DNA of 64,000 bases from Clostridia bacterium (GTDB lineage: Bacteria; Bacillota; Clostridia; Oscillospirales; CAG-272): assembly GCA_017537175.1 (NCBI GenBank), contig JAFYLH010000011.1, forward strand, positions 323-64,322. Reading direction: 5' to 3'. The notes beneath the pieces are model-generated. The model was not told where the DNA came from. It searched no databases and saw nothing but the letters and a program-made list of their open reading frames with translations. Below are positions 9,634 to 20,082 of the stretch, in pieces (the stretch's first letter is position 1; each line of letters starts with the position of its first letter). The position numbers and the translations under genes were made by a program.

Positions 9634-10241
9634 TTTATAGCCTCGCTGTTCATCAATAAGTAATTTCTTGCTTTGACCGTTTGGATATCAATAGGCTTTC
9701 CTGTTTTCATAAGATGATCAACTGTAGAGTTAATAGATCTTATAACAGTAAGGTCAAGCAATCTGTTCGGATCTGATGATATAACATTGTCATGGAAGAA
9801 ATTTCTCAGCTCTATGCAGGCATCGTGCTTACGGGTAGGCTCTGTCGAATCTGCAATCATAAGTATTTTCTGTAACAATGTCATATTTTCTCTGCCTGTG
9901 GTGTGGGTAGTAATAAGCTCGATTACTTCCTCGGTACAAATATCGGGGAAAAGGGAACGGGCATAAGCACCGCCGGTCAGAGAGTGGAACAAAGCAGGGG
10001 TAGAAATATAAGCTTTGTCAAACTCTATATTATAAACCCGACATAACTCTATATGCTCGTCGGGAGTTTTTTCCTTGGTTATATCGTGGAAGAGGGCAGC
10101 ACGATAAAGTATATCACGGCTATGCCTGTCCAGATCAAAGATATCGGCATAATACATACACTCCTCTGCAACCGCAAGGGTATGTGTATAACGCTTGGTG
10201 CTAAGGTTGTTTTTTAAATATTCTTTAATTTTACTGTACAT
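9630..10241 (-). CDS. yqeK: HD-domain phosphohydrolase YqeK (bis(5'-nucleosyl)-tetraphosphatase-like)
   Basis: RYTHTLAVAEE and LFHDITKE HD motifs; classic position immediately downstream of nadD with overlapping stop/start. Confidence 0.85.
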   Translation of the reverse strand: MYSKIKEYLKNNLSTKRYTHTLAVAEECMYYADIFDLDRHSRDILYRAALFHDITKEKTPDEHIELCRVYNIEFDKAYISTPALFHSLTGGAYARSLFPDICTEEVIELITTHTTGRENMTLLQKILMIADSTEPTRKHDACIELRNFFHDNVISSDPNRLLDLTVIRSINSTVDHLMKTGKPIDIQTVKARNYLLMNSEAIK

Positions 10242-10827
10242 ATAAGTTGTTTTCTTTTATATAGCGGTCAACCGCCGGGGGCAGATATGAGGAGCGGTCC
10301 TTGGCTTTTCTGACAACTGTTGACGAAAGCTCAAGCGGTTCCATTATCATTTCCTTTATTTTGAACCCCAGCTCGGAGCGCAGAAAGGATATCTGCTGCT
10401 CGATCCTTGAATCTAAGCTTGTATCGGTTTCTCTACGTGTATACACAAGGGTGGCAAGGGTGGCTATCTCATCTGCCTTGTACCAGGTGTGCATGCTTAA
10501 AAGCATGTCTGTTCCGCATAGAAAATAGAGCTCGGTGGCGGGAGATGAGAAATGCCTTAAGGTCTCTACAGTATAGCTTTTACCTTCCTTGTTAAGCTCA
10601 TAATCTGACACTTCTATTCGCTCATAGCCCTCAAAGGCAAGCTTGAGCATATTATAACGGTGCAGTGCAGAATCGCCTGCGGGCATTGCCTTGTGAGGAG
10701 AAACGGATGTGGGAATGATAAGAAGTCTGTCAAGCTCAAACTGATCCTTAAATTCGATTGCGGCACGGATATGACCGTTGTGGACAGGGGCATAGGTGCC
10801 ACCGTATATTCCAAGCTTAGTTTTCAT
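10231..10827 (-). CDS. nadD: Nicotinate-nucleotide adenylyltransferase
   Basis: GIYGGTYAPVHNGHI (nucleotidyltransferase HxGH-type motif). Start MKTKLG was chosen because the longer ORF runs into rdgB. Confidence 0.9.
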   Translation of the reverse strand: MKTKLGIYGGTYAPVHNGHIRAAIEFKDQFELDRLLIIPTSVSPHKAMPAGDSALHRYNMLKLAFEGYERIEVSDYELNKEGKSYTVETLRHFSSPATELYFLCGTDMLLSMHTWYKADEIATLATLVYTRRETDTSLDSRIEQQISFLRSELGFKIKEMIMEPLELSSTVVRKAKDRSSYLPPAVDRYIKENNLYVQ

Positions 10828-11431
10828 TGATCGCCTTTTTGAACTCAGCTGCAAAGAGCTTCATTGCATTGGCACGGTGGCTGACCGAGTTCTTTTCTTC
10901 CTGTGTCATTTCGGCAAAGGTCTTGCCTATCTGAGGTACATAGAAGAGGGGATCATAACCAAAGCCGCCGGTTCCTCTGTACTCGGTGAGGATCATACCC
11001 TCGCATTTACCCTCACAGACAATATGCCTTCCGTCAGGGAAAACACAGGCAACGGCAGAAACAAATCTCGAGGTCTTTTCCTCGGGCCTGTAGCCCTCCA
11101 GCTTAGCTAAGAGTTTTTCGTTATTGGCGTGGTCTCCCAGCTCGTCACCTGCATGGTCTACTGCATATCTTGCAGAATAAACACCGGGCTCACCGTCAAG
11201 AACATCAACCATAAGACCTGAATCGTCTGCAATAACAGGAAGATCACATTTAGGAGCTCTGCACTTTATGAGCGCGTTTTCTGCAAATGTAGTACCGTTT
11301 TCTTCGATATCACCTGTAAAACCGATATCGTCAAGAGATAAGACCGTAATATCCTCTCCGCAGAGCTTTGACAGAAGACCCTGCATTTCAACAATTTTAT
11401 GATTGTTTCGGGATGCTAATACTACCTTCAT
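10817..11431 (-). CDS. rdgB: dITP/XTP pyrophosphatase (RdgB/HAM1 family)
   Basis: VLASRNNHK, SARYA and GGFGYDPLFY blocks; start MKVVLAS abuts the ftsY stop. Confidence 0.9.
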   Translation of the reverse strand: MKVVLASRNNHKIVEMQGLLSKLCGEDITVLSLDDIGFTGDIEENGTTFAENALIKCRAPKCDLPVIADDSGLMVDVLDGEPGVYSARYAVDHAGDELGDHANNEKLLAKLEGYRPEEKTSRFVSAVACVFPDGRHIVCEGKCEGMILTEYRGTGGFGYDPLFYVPQIGKTFAEMTQEEKNSVSHRANAMKLFAAEFKKAINEN

Positions 11432-11432
11432 A

Positions 11433-12344
11433 CTATTCCTCAAATAATGCCTGTACAAACTGACTGTTATCGAATTTTTCCATATCGTCCACAGCTTCGC
11501 CTACACCGATAAACTTAACCGGGATGCCAAGCTCGTTCTTTATGGAGAACACGATACCGCCCTTGGCGGTTCCGTCAAGCTTGGTGAGAACAAGTCCTGT
11601 GATGTTGGCAGAGTTCTTAAATTCCTTTGCCTGCTGAACTGCGTTCTGACCTGTGGTAGAGTCAAGAACCAAAAGTGTCTCACGGGCAGAATCGGGAAGC
11701 TCGCGGTCAAGAACACGGGAGATCTTGGCAAGCTCGTCCATAAGGTTCTTTTTGTTGTGGAGTCTGCCTGCGGTGTCGATGATAAGTACATCTGCACCTC
11801 TGCTCTTGGCTGCTGCTGTTGCATCAAATACTACTGCTGCGGGATCAGAGCCCTCTGTGTGCTTGATAAGGTCAACACCTACACGGTCTGCCCATATCTG
11901 GAGCTGATCTATAGCTGCCGCACGGAAGGTGTCGGCTGCGGCAAGAACTACCTTTTTGCCGTCCTTTTTAAGGTTGTTGGCGATCTTTGCGATAGAGGTC
12001 GTCTTACCAACGCCGTTAACACCGATAACAAGTATAACATCAGGCTTGCTTGCGCCGGTATTGAGGGGCGCACCCTCACCGATCATTTCGCACATGATCT
12101 CCTTAAGTGCATTGAGGATCTCATCGCTGTCCTTAAGCTTATCTTCCTTGATCTTGTCTCTGAGATGATCTATTATTGCTTCTGTGGATTCATAGCCGAC
12201 ATCGGCACATATAAGCAGCTCCTCAAGCTCCTCCATAAACTCCTCGTCAACCTTTCTCAGGTTCTTGAAAAGATTGTTAAGGGGCTTGAAAACGGTCTGC
12301 TTTGTCTTAAAAAGTCCTGCTTTAAGCTTATCAAAAAATCCCAT
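11433..12344 (-). CDS. ftsY: Signal recognition particle receptor FtsY
   Basis: SRP GTPase motifs GVNGVGKTT and DTAGRLHNK; its ATG shares one base with the smc stop (TAATG). Confidence 0.95.
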   Translation of the reverse strand: MGFFDKLKAGLFKTKQTVFKPLNNLFKNLRKVDEEFMEELEELLICADVGYESTEAIIDHLRDKIKEDKLKDSDEILNALKEIMCEMIGEGAPLNTGASKPDVILVIGVNGVGKTTSIAKIANNLKKDGKKVVLAAADTFRAAAIDQLQIWADRVGVDLIKHTEGSDPAAVVFDATAAAKSRGADVLIIDTAGRLHNKKNLMDELAKISRVLDRELPDSARETLLVLDSTTGQNAVQQAKEFKNSANITGLVLTKLDGTAKGGIVFSIKNELGIPVKFIGVGEAVDDMEKFDNSQFVQALFEE

Positions 12345-15300
12345 TACAGTTTAACTCCGATCTTTTGTTCTACTTCGCTTACATTTACAGAGAGCACCTT
12401 GGATACACCGCGCTCATACATAGTAACACCGTAAAGTGTATCAGAGGTTTCCATAGTTCCTCGTCTGTGGGTAATAACGATAAATTGTGTTTTGTTTGAA
12501 TACTTCTGGCAGTACTGGGCAAAACGGGTTACATTGACCTCGTCAAGTGCGGCCTCTATCTCGTCAAGCACGCAGAAGGGGGTAGGATTGACCTTAAGTA
12601 TCGCAAAGAACAATGCTATTGATACAAACGCCTGCTCACCACCGGAAAGAAGGGAAAGACTTTTGATTATCTTACCGGGAGGTGCAACATTTATCTCAAT
12701 ACCGCTGGTCAGTACATTTTCGGGATCGCTTAGCTTGAGCTCTGCCGTACCGCCTCCAAACAGCTCACGGAACACATCCTTGAAGTTTTTGTTTATCTGC
12801 TCAAGAACGGTTACAAACTGTGTACGCATTTCGCCCTCAAGCTTGTAGATAACTCCTGCAAGCTCGGATTTTGACTTGGTAAGATCCTCAAACTGTACCT
12901 TTAAGAAATCGTATCTGGTCTTGACCTCTTCGTATTCTTCGATGGCGTTTACATTAACATGACCTAAATGCTTTATCTTGCCTCTGAGCTCGTTCCTTGC
13001 TCTTACCGCATCGGGTCTGGTGGATGCTGTTACGGGCTCATATTCAAGCTCGCAGGCAGCGGAGAAGGAAAGCTCATATTCATCCCATAGGTGAGCAACC
13101 AGCTTGTCCTGCTCGTCCTGTACAGACTCACATTGGGTTTCAAGTCTGGTGTATTCGCGGAACAGGGTCTCTCGCTTGTGGGTAAGATCCTTAGTTTCCT
13201 CACGGAGCTTGGTTTCCTTTGCTTCGTTTGCGAGATTCTGTTCGGATATAGAAGCGATCTCGGTCTGCATTATTGCTATCTGCTCTGCGATCTTTTCGGA
13301 CTCCTGCTTACCGCCCGAGATCTTTTCGGCAATGGCATCAAGCTTTTCCTTTGCGCTTGATATACGGTTGTCCTCGATGTTTCTCTTGGAAATAAGCTCA
13401 TCAAGGGCATCACGGCGGATAGAAATTTCATATTCGCCCTGATCTATATCCTTTTTCTTTTTCTCTATTTCAATACCGCAGAGGTTCATCTTGACGCTGA
13501 TATCACTCTGTTCACGGGTAAGAGCTTCACGGCGTTCTATCATTTCCGCCATTTTATTGTCAAGCTCAGTGATCTGTGCTTCAAGTGCTTGGATGGATTC
13601 CTTACCCTTGACAATAGACAGCTCTGTGTCATTTTGCTCACGGTCTATAGACTCAAGAGATGCTGCAATAGCGGCCTTTCTTGTCTCGTCGCCCGAAAGC
13701 TGAGTCATAAGTATCTTTTGCTGGGTCTCCTCGGCAGAGCAAAGTGAAGAAAACAATGCCTTGCGGGCGGTTATATCGTCATTTGCTCCCTGATTGTCAC
13801 TTATGATCTTTTCCTGAGCTGAAATGTCAGCCTCGGTCTTTTTGAGATCGGTCTCGGCCTTTTTGATCTCCTCGTTTATAGACTCTATCTCGGCAGAACG
13901 GGTAAGGATACCGCTGTCCTGCTTAAGAGAACCGCCTGTAAAGGAACCGCCTGCATTAATCTGCTGACCGTCAAGGGTGACACAGCGCAGCTTATAGCCG
14001 TTTGCCTTTGCGGCAATGTTTGCATTGTCAAGGTTATCAAATACCGCTGTTCTTGCCAGCAGGGAATCGATAACACCGTAGAAACGCTCCTCGGTCTTTA
14101 CAAGCTCGCTTGCAAGTCCAAGATAACCCTTCATACCGTCAAGCTTGCAGCTGTCAGGCAGATATTGGGGCTTAATAGAGGTCAGAGGATAGAATGTGGC
14201 TCTTCCTCGTCTGTTCTCCTTTAAGTAACGGATAGCATCCTTTGCGTCCTTTTCATTTTCGCAAACAAGATTCTGAATTTGTGCACCGAGAGCGGTTTCT
14301 ATGGCAACAGCATATTCACCCTCAACCTCAATTATCTTTGAAAGAGGTCCGATGATGCCGCGCAGACTTCCGTTTTCTGCGGCATTCATAACAGAACGCA
14401 CGCTGTTTGTATAACCCTCAAAGAGGTCCTCCATACGGCGGAGATTTTCTATGCGCTGATTCTTTGCGGAGATATCAAGGGAAAGCTTGTTCTTACGGTG
14501 GGTCAGTCTTTCGATCTCGGCCCTTGCGTGATCGATTATCTCATCGCTTTCGCCCTTTTGTCCCTCTACCTCTTCGATATTCTTACGGTAGGAGGCTATA
14601 GTTTCATCTGCCTGCTTTATTCTTTTAGAAATAAGCTCTATGGATGAGTTGACCTCATCAAGCTCAGCACTAAGCATACTGCGGCGGTCATCTCTTGACT
14701 TGCCTGATGCTTCAAGGGCAGAGAGGCTTATGCGGGCGGCAACCACCTCATCCTTACGCTGATTGATATCCATATCAACATTGTCGATATCATCAAAGAG
14801 CTTTTCAAGAGTAGCTTCATATTCGCCGACCTTTGCCTGCTTTTCTGTATAGTCGGCTACTAAAGCCATAAGCTCGTTTTTCTTTTCTTCGTTTGAAGCA
14901 ACCGAGGAAGCAACAAGAGCTTCTGCGGCTTCTATGTTCTTGGAAATGCGTTCCTTTTCGGCCTCGCTTTGAGCGATAGCGTCATTTAAATGCATTACAT
15001 CGTTTTCAAGCACCTTACCGGAGGACTCAAAGTCAAAGCGGCGCTGATTACTTTCGTTTATAAGCCTGTTAAGCTCCTCATAGCGGAGCTTGTTAGCCTG
15101 TGTTATCTCGTAGAGTCTGTCGCTCTGGGTCTCAAGGGCAGAAAGCGAATCATCCGCAATTTCAAGCTCGTGGCTTATTATCTCAAAATCAGAGCGGAGC
15201 TTTTTGGATTTTTCCTTGATATCGGAAATGTCAAAAATACATACCGCAACATCAAGTGCTTTTTTTGCTTCAAAAAGCTCTATGTATTTTCTCGCCTTTG

Positions 15301-15934
15301 CGGCATCCCTCTCAAGGGGTCCTACACGACCCTCAAGCTCGGAGAGTATGTCGTTTATACGGATAAGGTTATCATCGGTTTCGGCGAGCTTACGCTCAGC
15401 CTCATTCTTTCTTGCACGGTATTTGGCGATACCGGCAGCCTCTTCAAATATGTTTCGTCTTTCGTCGCTCTTCTGGGAGATGATCTCGGCAGCCTTACCC
15501 TGACCGACTATAGAATAACCGCCGCGGCCTATACCTGTATTCATAAAGAGCTCGGTAATATCCTTTAAGCGCACGGGCTTGCGGTTTATCATATATTCGC
15601 TTTCGCCTGTACGGTAATAACGGCGGGTAACCGTCACCTCGTCATAGTCGATTGCCATCTTGTTGTCGGGGTCGGTGTTGTCTATGGTAAGAGAAACCTC
15701 GGCATAGCCCATAGGTCTGCGGTTGTCGGTACCGCCGAATATAACATCCTCCATACGCTTACCTCGTATGCTCTTTGAGGATATCTCACCCAGAACCCAG
15801 CGCATTGCATCGGATATATTTGATTTTCCGCTGCCGTTAGGTCCTACGACCGCAGTAACGCCACGGTCAAAAGAAAGTACTGTCTTGTCAGCAAAGGACT
15901 TAAAGCCCTGAAGCTCAAGTGTTTTTAATCTCAT
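12344..15934 (-). CDS. smc: Chromosome segregation protein SMC
   Basis: 1196 aa; N-terminal FKSFADKT...GPNGSGKSN Walker A, long coiled coils, hinge, and C-terminal LSGGEQAF / VLDEIEAALD. Confidence 0.97.
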   Translation of the reverse strand: MRLKTLELQGFKSFADKTVLSFDRGVTAVVGPNGSGKSNISDAMRWVLGEISSKSIRGKRMEDVIFGGTDNRRPMGYAEVSLTIDNTDPDNKMAIDYDEVTVTRRYYRTGESEYMINRKPVRLKDITELFMNTGIGRGGYSIVGQGKAAEIISQKSDERRNIFEEAAGIAKYRARKNEAERKLAETDDNLIRINDILSELEGRVGPLERDAAKARKYIELFEAKKALDVAVCIFDISDIKEKSKKLRSDFEIISHELEIADDSLSALETQSDRLYEITQANKLRYEELNRLINESNQRRFDFESSGKVLENDVMHLNDAIAQSEAEKERISKNIEAAEALVASSVASNEEKKNELMALVADYTEKQAKVGEYEATLEKLFDDIDNVDMDINQRKDEVVAARISLSALEASGKSRDDRRSMLSAELDEVNSSIELISKRIKQADETIASYRKNIEEVEGQKGESDEIIDHARAEIERLTHRKNKLSLDISAKNQRIENLRRMEDLFEGYTNSVRSVMNAAENGSLRGIIGPLSKIIEVEGEYAVAIETALGAQIQNLVCENEKDAKDAIRYLKENRRGRATFYPLTSIKPQYLPDSCKLDGMKGYLGLASELVKTEERFYGVIDSLLARTAVFDNLDNANIAAKANGYKLRCVTLDGQQINAGGSFTGGSLKQDSGILTRSAEIESINEEIKKAETDLKKTEADISAQEKIISDNQGANDDITARKALFSSLCSAEETQQKILMTQLSGDETRKAAIAASLESIDREQNDTELSIVKGKESIQALEAQITELDNKMAEMIERREALTREQSDISVKMNLCGIEIEKKKKDIDQGEYEISIRRDALDELISKRNIEDNRISSAKEKLDAIAEKISGGKQESEKIAEQIAIMQTEIASISEQNLANEAKETKLREETKDLTHKRETLFREYTRLETQCESVQDEQDKLVAHLWDEYELSFSAACELEYEPVTASTRPDAVRARNELRGKIKHLGHVNVNAIEEYEEVKTRYDFLKVQFEDLTKSKSELAGVIYKLEGEMRTQFVTVLEQINKNFKDVFRELFGGGTAELKLSDPENVLTSGIEINVAPPGKIIKSLSLLSGGEQAFVSIALFFAILKVNPTPFCVLDEIEAALDEVNVTRFAQYCQKYSNKTQFIVITHRRGTMETSDTLYGVTMYERGVSKVLSVNVSEVEQKIGVKL

Positions 15935-15952
15935 GCCGTGACCTCCTTTCGG

Positions 15953-16627
15953 TTAATTGTTGATAATGATTTTATAATTATTGCTTCTAAGCTGTTTAAT
16001 GAGTGAATTTGTATCCCTTACTTCGTCAAAGAACGCGGTTTTGTTGCCCTTCATTTCCTCCCGGTGGTGATAATCCTGACCGCAAAGAGGAACGAGTTGA
16101 TTTTCCTGCGCCCAGATCAGGGAAAGGGAATTGTTGTTTTCGTAAGAGTTGTATACCTCACAACCGTCTAAAAGCGAGGGATCTGTACGGGTGGTTTTTT
16201 CGTTGCGGAAGGGATGAGCCTGCGCAAGGAACAGTCCCTTTTGTTTAGCAAATCGGGAAAACTCCTCCACGGTCATTTCATACATTCGGGGATTATCATA
16301 AAAATCCTTTTCGGTCAGTCCGTATACAAGATAGTCGTTGTAACAGCTGTCAAAGGTTATCTCGGCACCCAGCAGTACGGTGATGCCGATTTGCTCGCCT
16401 TCAGCTCTTGCTTTTCTGTACGCATCAAGGTATATCTCAACTGTTTCGTTAAAGGGTGCACCCATTTCAAAATGCCGCCAGAATATTGACCGCTTATAGT
16501 GATTGGTTATGCAGACAAGATCATATCCGCTTTCTTTAAAATGCCGTACAGCATCTACAGCGTTTACCTCGGCACAGCCGCTTACCTCGCTTGTATGGCA
16601 GTGAAGCTCTGCATATGTGTAGTGCAT
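15953..16627 (-). CDS. PHP-domain metal-dependent phosphoesterase, paralog B
   Basis: ELHCHTSEVSGCA, AQAHPFR and CGQDYH motifs. Start MHYTYAEL at 16627 abuts the stop of paralog A. The 305-aa ORF-track version overlaps paralog A by about 240 nt and is rejected. Confidence 0.7.
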   Translation of the reverse strand: MHYTYAELHCHTSEVSGCAEVNAVDAVRHFKESGYDLVCITNHYKRSIFWRHFEMGAPFNETVEIYLDAYRKARAEGEQIGITVLLGAEITFDSCYNDYLVYGLTEKDFYDNPRMYEMTVEEFSRFAKQKGLFLAQAHPFRNEKTTRTDPSLLDGCEVYNSYENNNSLSLIWAQENQLVPLCGQDYHHREEMKGNKTAFFDEVRDTNSLIKQLRSNNYKIIINN

Positions 16628-16628
16628 T

Positions 16629-17330
16629 CTATTTGCGTGCCGGGTCGGTATATTTACCGGGAATAACAAGCCTGTATTCTTTATTGCGAAGCATCTGTAC
16701 AATATCCTGTATGCTGTCGGCGTCTCTGTCAAAAGCCATACCGCATCCTCTGAGCGCATCCTCCTCGTGGTAATCCGAGCCGCATATGGGGATGAGATCA
16801 GAGCTGAGCCACATTTCCATAGCAAGGTGATTTCTTTGATCGTGTCGGGGGTGAGAATTAAAAACCTCAACTCCGTGGATATGCTCCGGAGGACAGGGCT
16901 TACACCAGGGTCTGAAGGGATGAGCTTGCGCTACAAACAGTCCGTTGCTGTCAGCGAACTCCTTAAAGGTCGCCTCATTCATTGTCCAGGGCTCCTTGAC
17001 CGTATAGAACATCTCCTCGGTCATACCGTAGACAAGATATTCGTTGTCGGCAATGCCTTCGTCAAAATCAAGCTCACAGGCAAGGAATACCTTGACACCA
17101 AGCCTGTCTGCGGCCGCTTTAGCTGTACGGTAGCCTTTCAGCCATTTGTCGGTGGCTTCTTTGTAGCTTAATGTTCCGTCATAGTAATCCTTGTAATAGC
17201 TTCTGTTAAGATGGTCTGTTATCACTACACAGTCATAGCCGTAATTTGAAAATGCCAGAATACCCTCGGCTGCGGGAACCTTGGCACATCTGCTGGTTTC
17301 CTGTGTGTGAAAATGAAGCTCGCAAAACAT
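16629..17330 (-). CDS. PHP-domain metal-dependent phosphoesterase, paralog A
   Basis: ELHFHTQETSRCA, AQAHPFR and CGSDYH motifs; co-linear similarity to paralog B along its whole length. Confidence 0.75.
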   Translation of the reverse strand: MFCELHFHTQETSRCAKVPAAEGILAFSNYGYDCVVITDHLNRSYYKDYYDGTLSYKEATDKWLKGYRTAKAAADRLGVKVFLACELDFDEGIADNEYLVYGMTEEMFYTVKEPWTMNEATFKEFADSNGLFVAQAHPFRPWCKPCPPEHIHGVEVFNSHPRHDQRNHLAMEMWLSSDLIPICGSDYHEEDALRGCGMAFDRDADSIQDIVQMLRNKEYRLVIPGKYTDPARK

Positions 17331-17346
17331 AATAAATACCTTAATA

Positions 17347-18366
17347 TTAATTATAATCTATCGATATATTATACACCATAAGTTCTTCTTTTTCAAGGAT
17401 TTTGAGCTTTTTTACATTGTATTCACTAAGAATTTTCATTTTGTTAGCCTGCTTATGGCCTATTACCTTTGAAATCTCACCCTTGGCGCAATATATTATA
17501 AGCTCCTTGCCGGTTACTTTATCCTTTATTTGATCAAGCAGAGGTATGATCAGATTCATATAATAACGGGATATTACCATTTCCCCCATAGCGGCCTCGT
17601 ATGCACCTGCAACGATTCCGTCAGCTTCGCCAAGTCCGTCGCTTGCTTGCAGACCTATACGGATGACGGGTATACCTTGCTTTGCAAATACAGAAAATAC
17701 ATTTGCAGTTCTTTCAATAAGCTCATCAAGTGTCGGAGGAGCATAGTCGCCCTGTTTAAAGATCTTCTCAAGCTCTGTACCCGAAAATACCATTGTGGGA
17801 TAAATTCTTGCACCGTCCACACCGAGGGAAACAAGATTAAGAGCGGTATTAAGCTCATCCTCAGGGGTGGAACAGGGAAGAGCTGTCATCATTTGACCGA
17901 TAAGCTCAAATCCGCGTTCTTTTATCATTCTACAGGCTTGTTTTGATATATCCGCAGTATGACCTCGCTTGCAGGCAGATAATACCTTGTCAGACATAGA
18001 CTGTATACCAAGCTCTATGCTTTTGACACCGTGAGCGGCAAGTATATCAAGGATCTCGGCATTAATATAATCAGGCCTTGTTGAAAGCCTTACAGATGAT
18101 ATAAGTCCGCGGTCGATATATTCCTTTGCAATACCTAAGAGATACAGCATATCATCTCGGTCAATACCTGTAAAGCTGCCTCCGAAAAAGGCTAACTGTA
18201 CTTCGCACTTATCTCTGTCAACGGTATCAAGAAAGGTGTCAATTTCATTTTTAACACCTGTTTTATTAAAGCACATAGTGCCCGAGATCTTGCGTTGATT
18301 ACAAAAAACGCAGTCATTCGGGCATCCAAGATGTGGTATGAATATTGGTAGATTTATATGTCTCAT
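17347..18366 (-). CDS. Radical SAM protein (ELP3/MiaB-like, no acetyltransferase domain)
   Basis: CPNDCVFCNQ CxxxCxxC cluster near the N-terminus. It sits in the rnc-(radical SAM)-smc context that I recall as common in Clostridia. Confidence 0.8.
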   Translation of the reverse strand: MRHINLPIFIPHLGCPNDCVFCNQRKISGTMCFNKTGVKNEIDTFLDTVDRDKCEVQLAFFGGSFTGIDRDDMLYLLGIAKEYIDRGLISSVRLSTRPDYINAEILDILAAHGVKSIELGIQSMSDKVLSACKRGHTADISKQACRMIKERGFELIGQMMTALPCSTPEDELNTALNLVSLGVDGARIYPTMVFSGTELEKIFKQGDYAPPTLDELIERTANVFSVFAKQGIPVIRIGLQASDGLGEADGIVAGAYEAAMGEMVISRYYMNLIIPLLDQIKDKVTGKELIIYCAKGEISKVIGHKQANKMKILSEYNVKKLKILEKEELMVYNISIDYN

Positions 18367-19073
18367 AAATTTCCGAAAAGGGTGAGTGCTTCCTTTGCAG
18401 CCATCTGCTCGGCTTCGCGCTTGGAGTGTCCTGTACCCTTGCCTATAACATTGCTGTTAAGTCTTGCCTCTACCTCAAAGGTCCGCAGATGCGAGGGGCC
18501 TGATTCACCAACGGTGACATATTGTAGGATCTCCCCCTGCTCCTGCTGAACTATCTGTTGCAGAAGAGTTTTATAGTCCTTTGAAGAGCCTGTCTCAACG
18601 ATCTCCTTGATCTTTACCGAGATCAAGGGAAGCAGGAACTGCTTGACCGTATCGATACCTGCATCGATAAATATTGCCGCAAGCAAAGCCTCAAAGGCAT
18701 CTGCAAGGATAGAGGGACGGCTTCTTCCGCCACCCTTTTCTTCACCGTGACCCAGCATCATATACGAGCCTAATTCGATCTTTGAGGCATACTCACACAG
18801 AGCCTTTTCGCATACAGCAGCGGCTCTTATCTTTGACATTTCACCCTCGGGAAGATCGAGGTAGTTAAAATAGAGAAATTCACTTGCAACAAGCTGTAAT
18901 ACCGAATCACCCAAATACTCAAGGCGCTCATTGTCAAGGGTATCAAGACCTTTGGAGCGCTGTTCGTTTGCGTAGCTTGAGTGAGTAAGAGCGCTTAAAA
19001 GTATGTCCTTACGGCCAAATGTATGACCAAGGGTCACCTCAAGCTCTGGGATTGGATAGGGATAATCATGCAT
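18363..19073 (-). CDS. rnc: Ribonuclease III
   Basis: NERLEYLGDSVL signature plus a C-terminal dsRBD (GSGPSHLRTFEVE...GKGTGHSKREAEQMAA). Start MHDYPY was chosen so that it only just overlaps the plsX stop. Confidence 0.92.
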   Translation of the reverse strand: MHDYPYPIPELEVTLGHTFGRKDILLSALTHSSYANEQRSKGLDTLDNERLEYLGDSVLQLVASEFLYFNYLDLPEGEMSKIRAAAVCEKALCEYASKIELGSYMMLGHGEEKGGGRSRPSILADAFEALLAAIFIDAGIDTVKQFLLPLISVKIKEIVETGSSKDYKTLLQQIVQQEQGEILQYVTVGESGPSHLRTFEVEARLNSNVIGKGTGHSKREAEQMAAKEALTLFGNL

Positions 19074-20082
19074 TGGGGGATTCCTCTTTTTTCTGAACCT
19101 GACGGGCAAGCTCCTTGATGATACCTGTATCAACAAAATCTATGCTCTGTCTGATAGCGTTTTTAATGGCAATTGCATCAGAGCTTCCGTGAGCCTTGAT
19201 AACAGGCTTTGATATGCCAAGCAGAGGTGCACCGCCGTATTCACTTGCATCAAATTCCTTCTTAAAGGTCTTGATATGGGGCTTCATTACAACACCTGCC
19301 GCCTTTGTGGCAGGTGTGCTCATAAACACCTGCTTGACCTTGCCCATAAAGAATTTGGCAAGACCCTCGGTAAGCTTGAGTATCATATTTCCGGTAAAGC
19401 CGTCGCAGACCAGAACATCACACTCGGCAAAGGGAATCTGCTTGCCCTCGATATTGCCGACAAAATTGATCCTGTCACACTGACTAAGGTGAGCATATGT
19501 CTCCTGCAGCAGCTTTGTACCCTTGGTAGACTCTGTACCGTTGTTGGCAAGACCTACACGGGGGGACTCGATACCAAAGAGCTTGTTCATATAGGTGGAG
19601 CCCATTATGGCAAACTGCTCAAGCTGTTCCTTTGTAACCTCGGTATTTGCGCCTGCATCTATAAGGAGCAGCGGCTTTTCTAAGGGAAGAATGGTGGCAA
19701 TTGCAGAACGGGCATAGCCCTTTATACGGCGGACAACAAGGGTAGAGCCAGCGTGGAGAGCTCCTGTGTTACCTGCCGAAACCATAGCATCACCCTCGCC
19801 CGAGGCAAGCATCTTAAGAGCCTTACCCATAGAGGAATCGGCCTTTTCACGAACAACAGAGAGAGCCTGATCCTCCATTGTGATAACAGACTCACAGTGC
19901 TCTATTGTGATCATAGGATCATCTATATCTAGATCCTGCTCGCGGCAGTAATCCTCGATGATATATCTGTTGCCTGTCATGGTAAGCTCCACATCGGGAT
20001 ATTCCGAGTGAGCAAGGAAAACACCCTTTATTATCTCTTCGGGAGCGTTGTCACCGCTCATAACATCAATAATTATCTTCAT
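19066..20082 (-). CDS. plsX: Phosphate acyltransferase PlsX
   Basis: [15 protein letters not shown]-terminus and GFTGN block typical of PlsX. Confidence 0.95.
   Translation of the reverse strand: MKIIIDVMSGDNAPEEIIKGVFLAHSEYPDVELTMTGNRYIIEDYCREQDLDIDDPMITIEHCESVITMEDQALSVVREKADSSMGKALKMLASGEGDAMVSAGNTGALHAGSTLVVRRIKGYARSAIATILPLEKPLLLIDAGANTEVTKEQLEQFAIMGSTYMNKLFGIESPRVGLANNGTESTKGTKLLQETYAHLSQCDRINFVGNIEGKQIPFAECDVLVCDGFTGNMILKLTEGLAKFFMGKVKQVFMSTPATKAAGVVMKPHIKTFKKEFDASEYGGAPLLGISKPVIKAHGSSDAIAIKNAIRQSIDFVDTGIIKELARQVQKKEESPNA

Noticed and set aside
16628-16870. The 305-aa version of the second PHP gene, overlapping its upstream paralog by about 240 nt.
   Set aside because: The homology between the two paralogs starts at MHYTYAELHCH (16627). 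The extension is out-of-frame read-through of the upstream gene's coding sequence.
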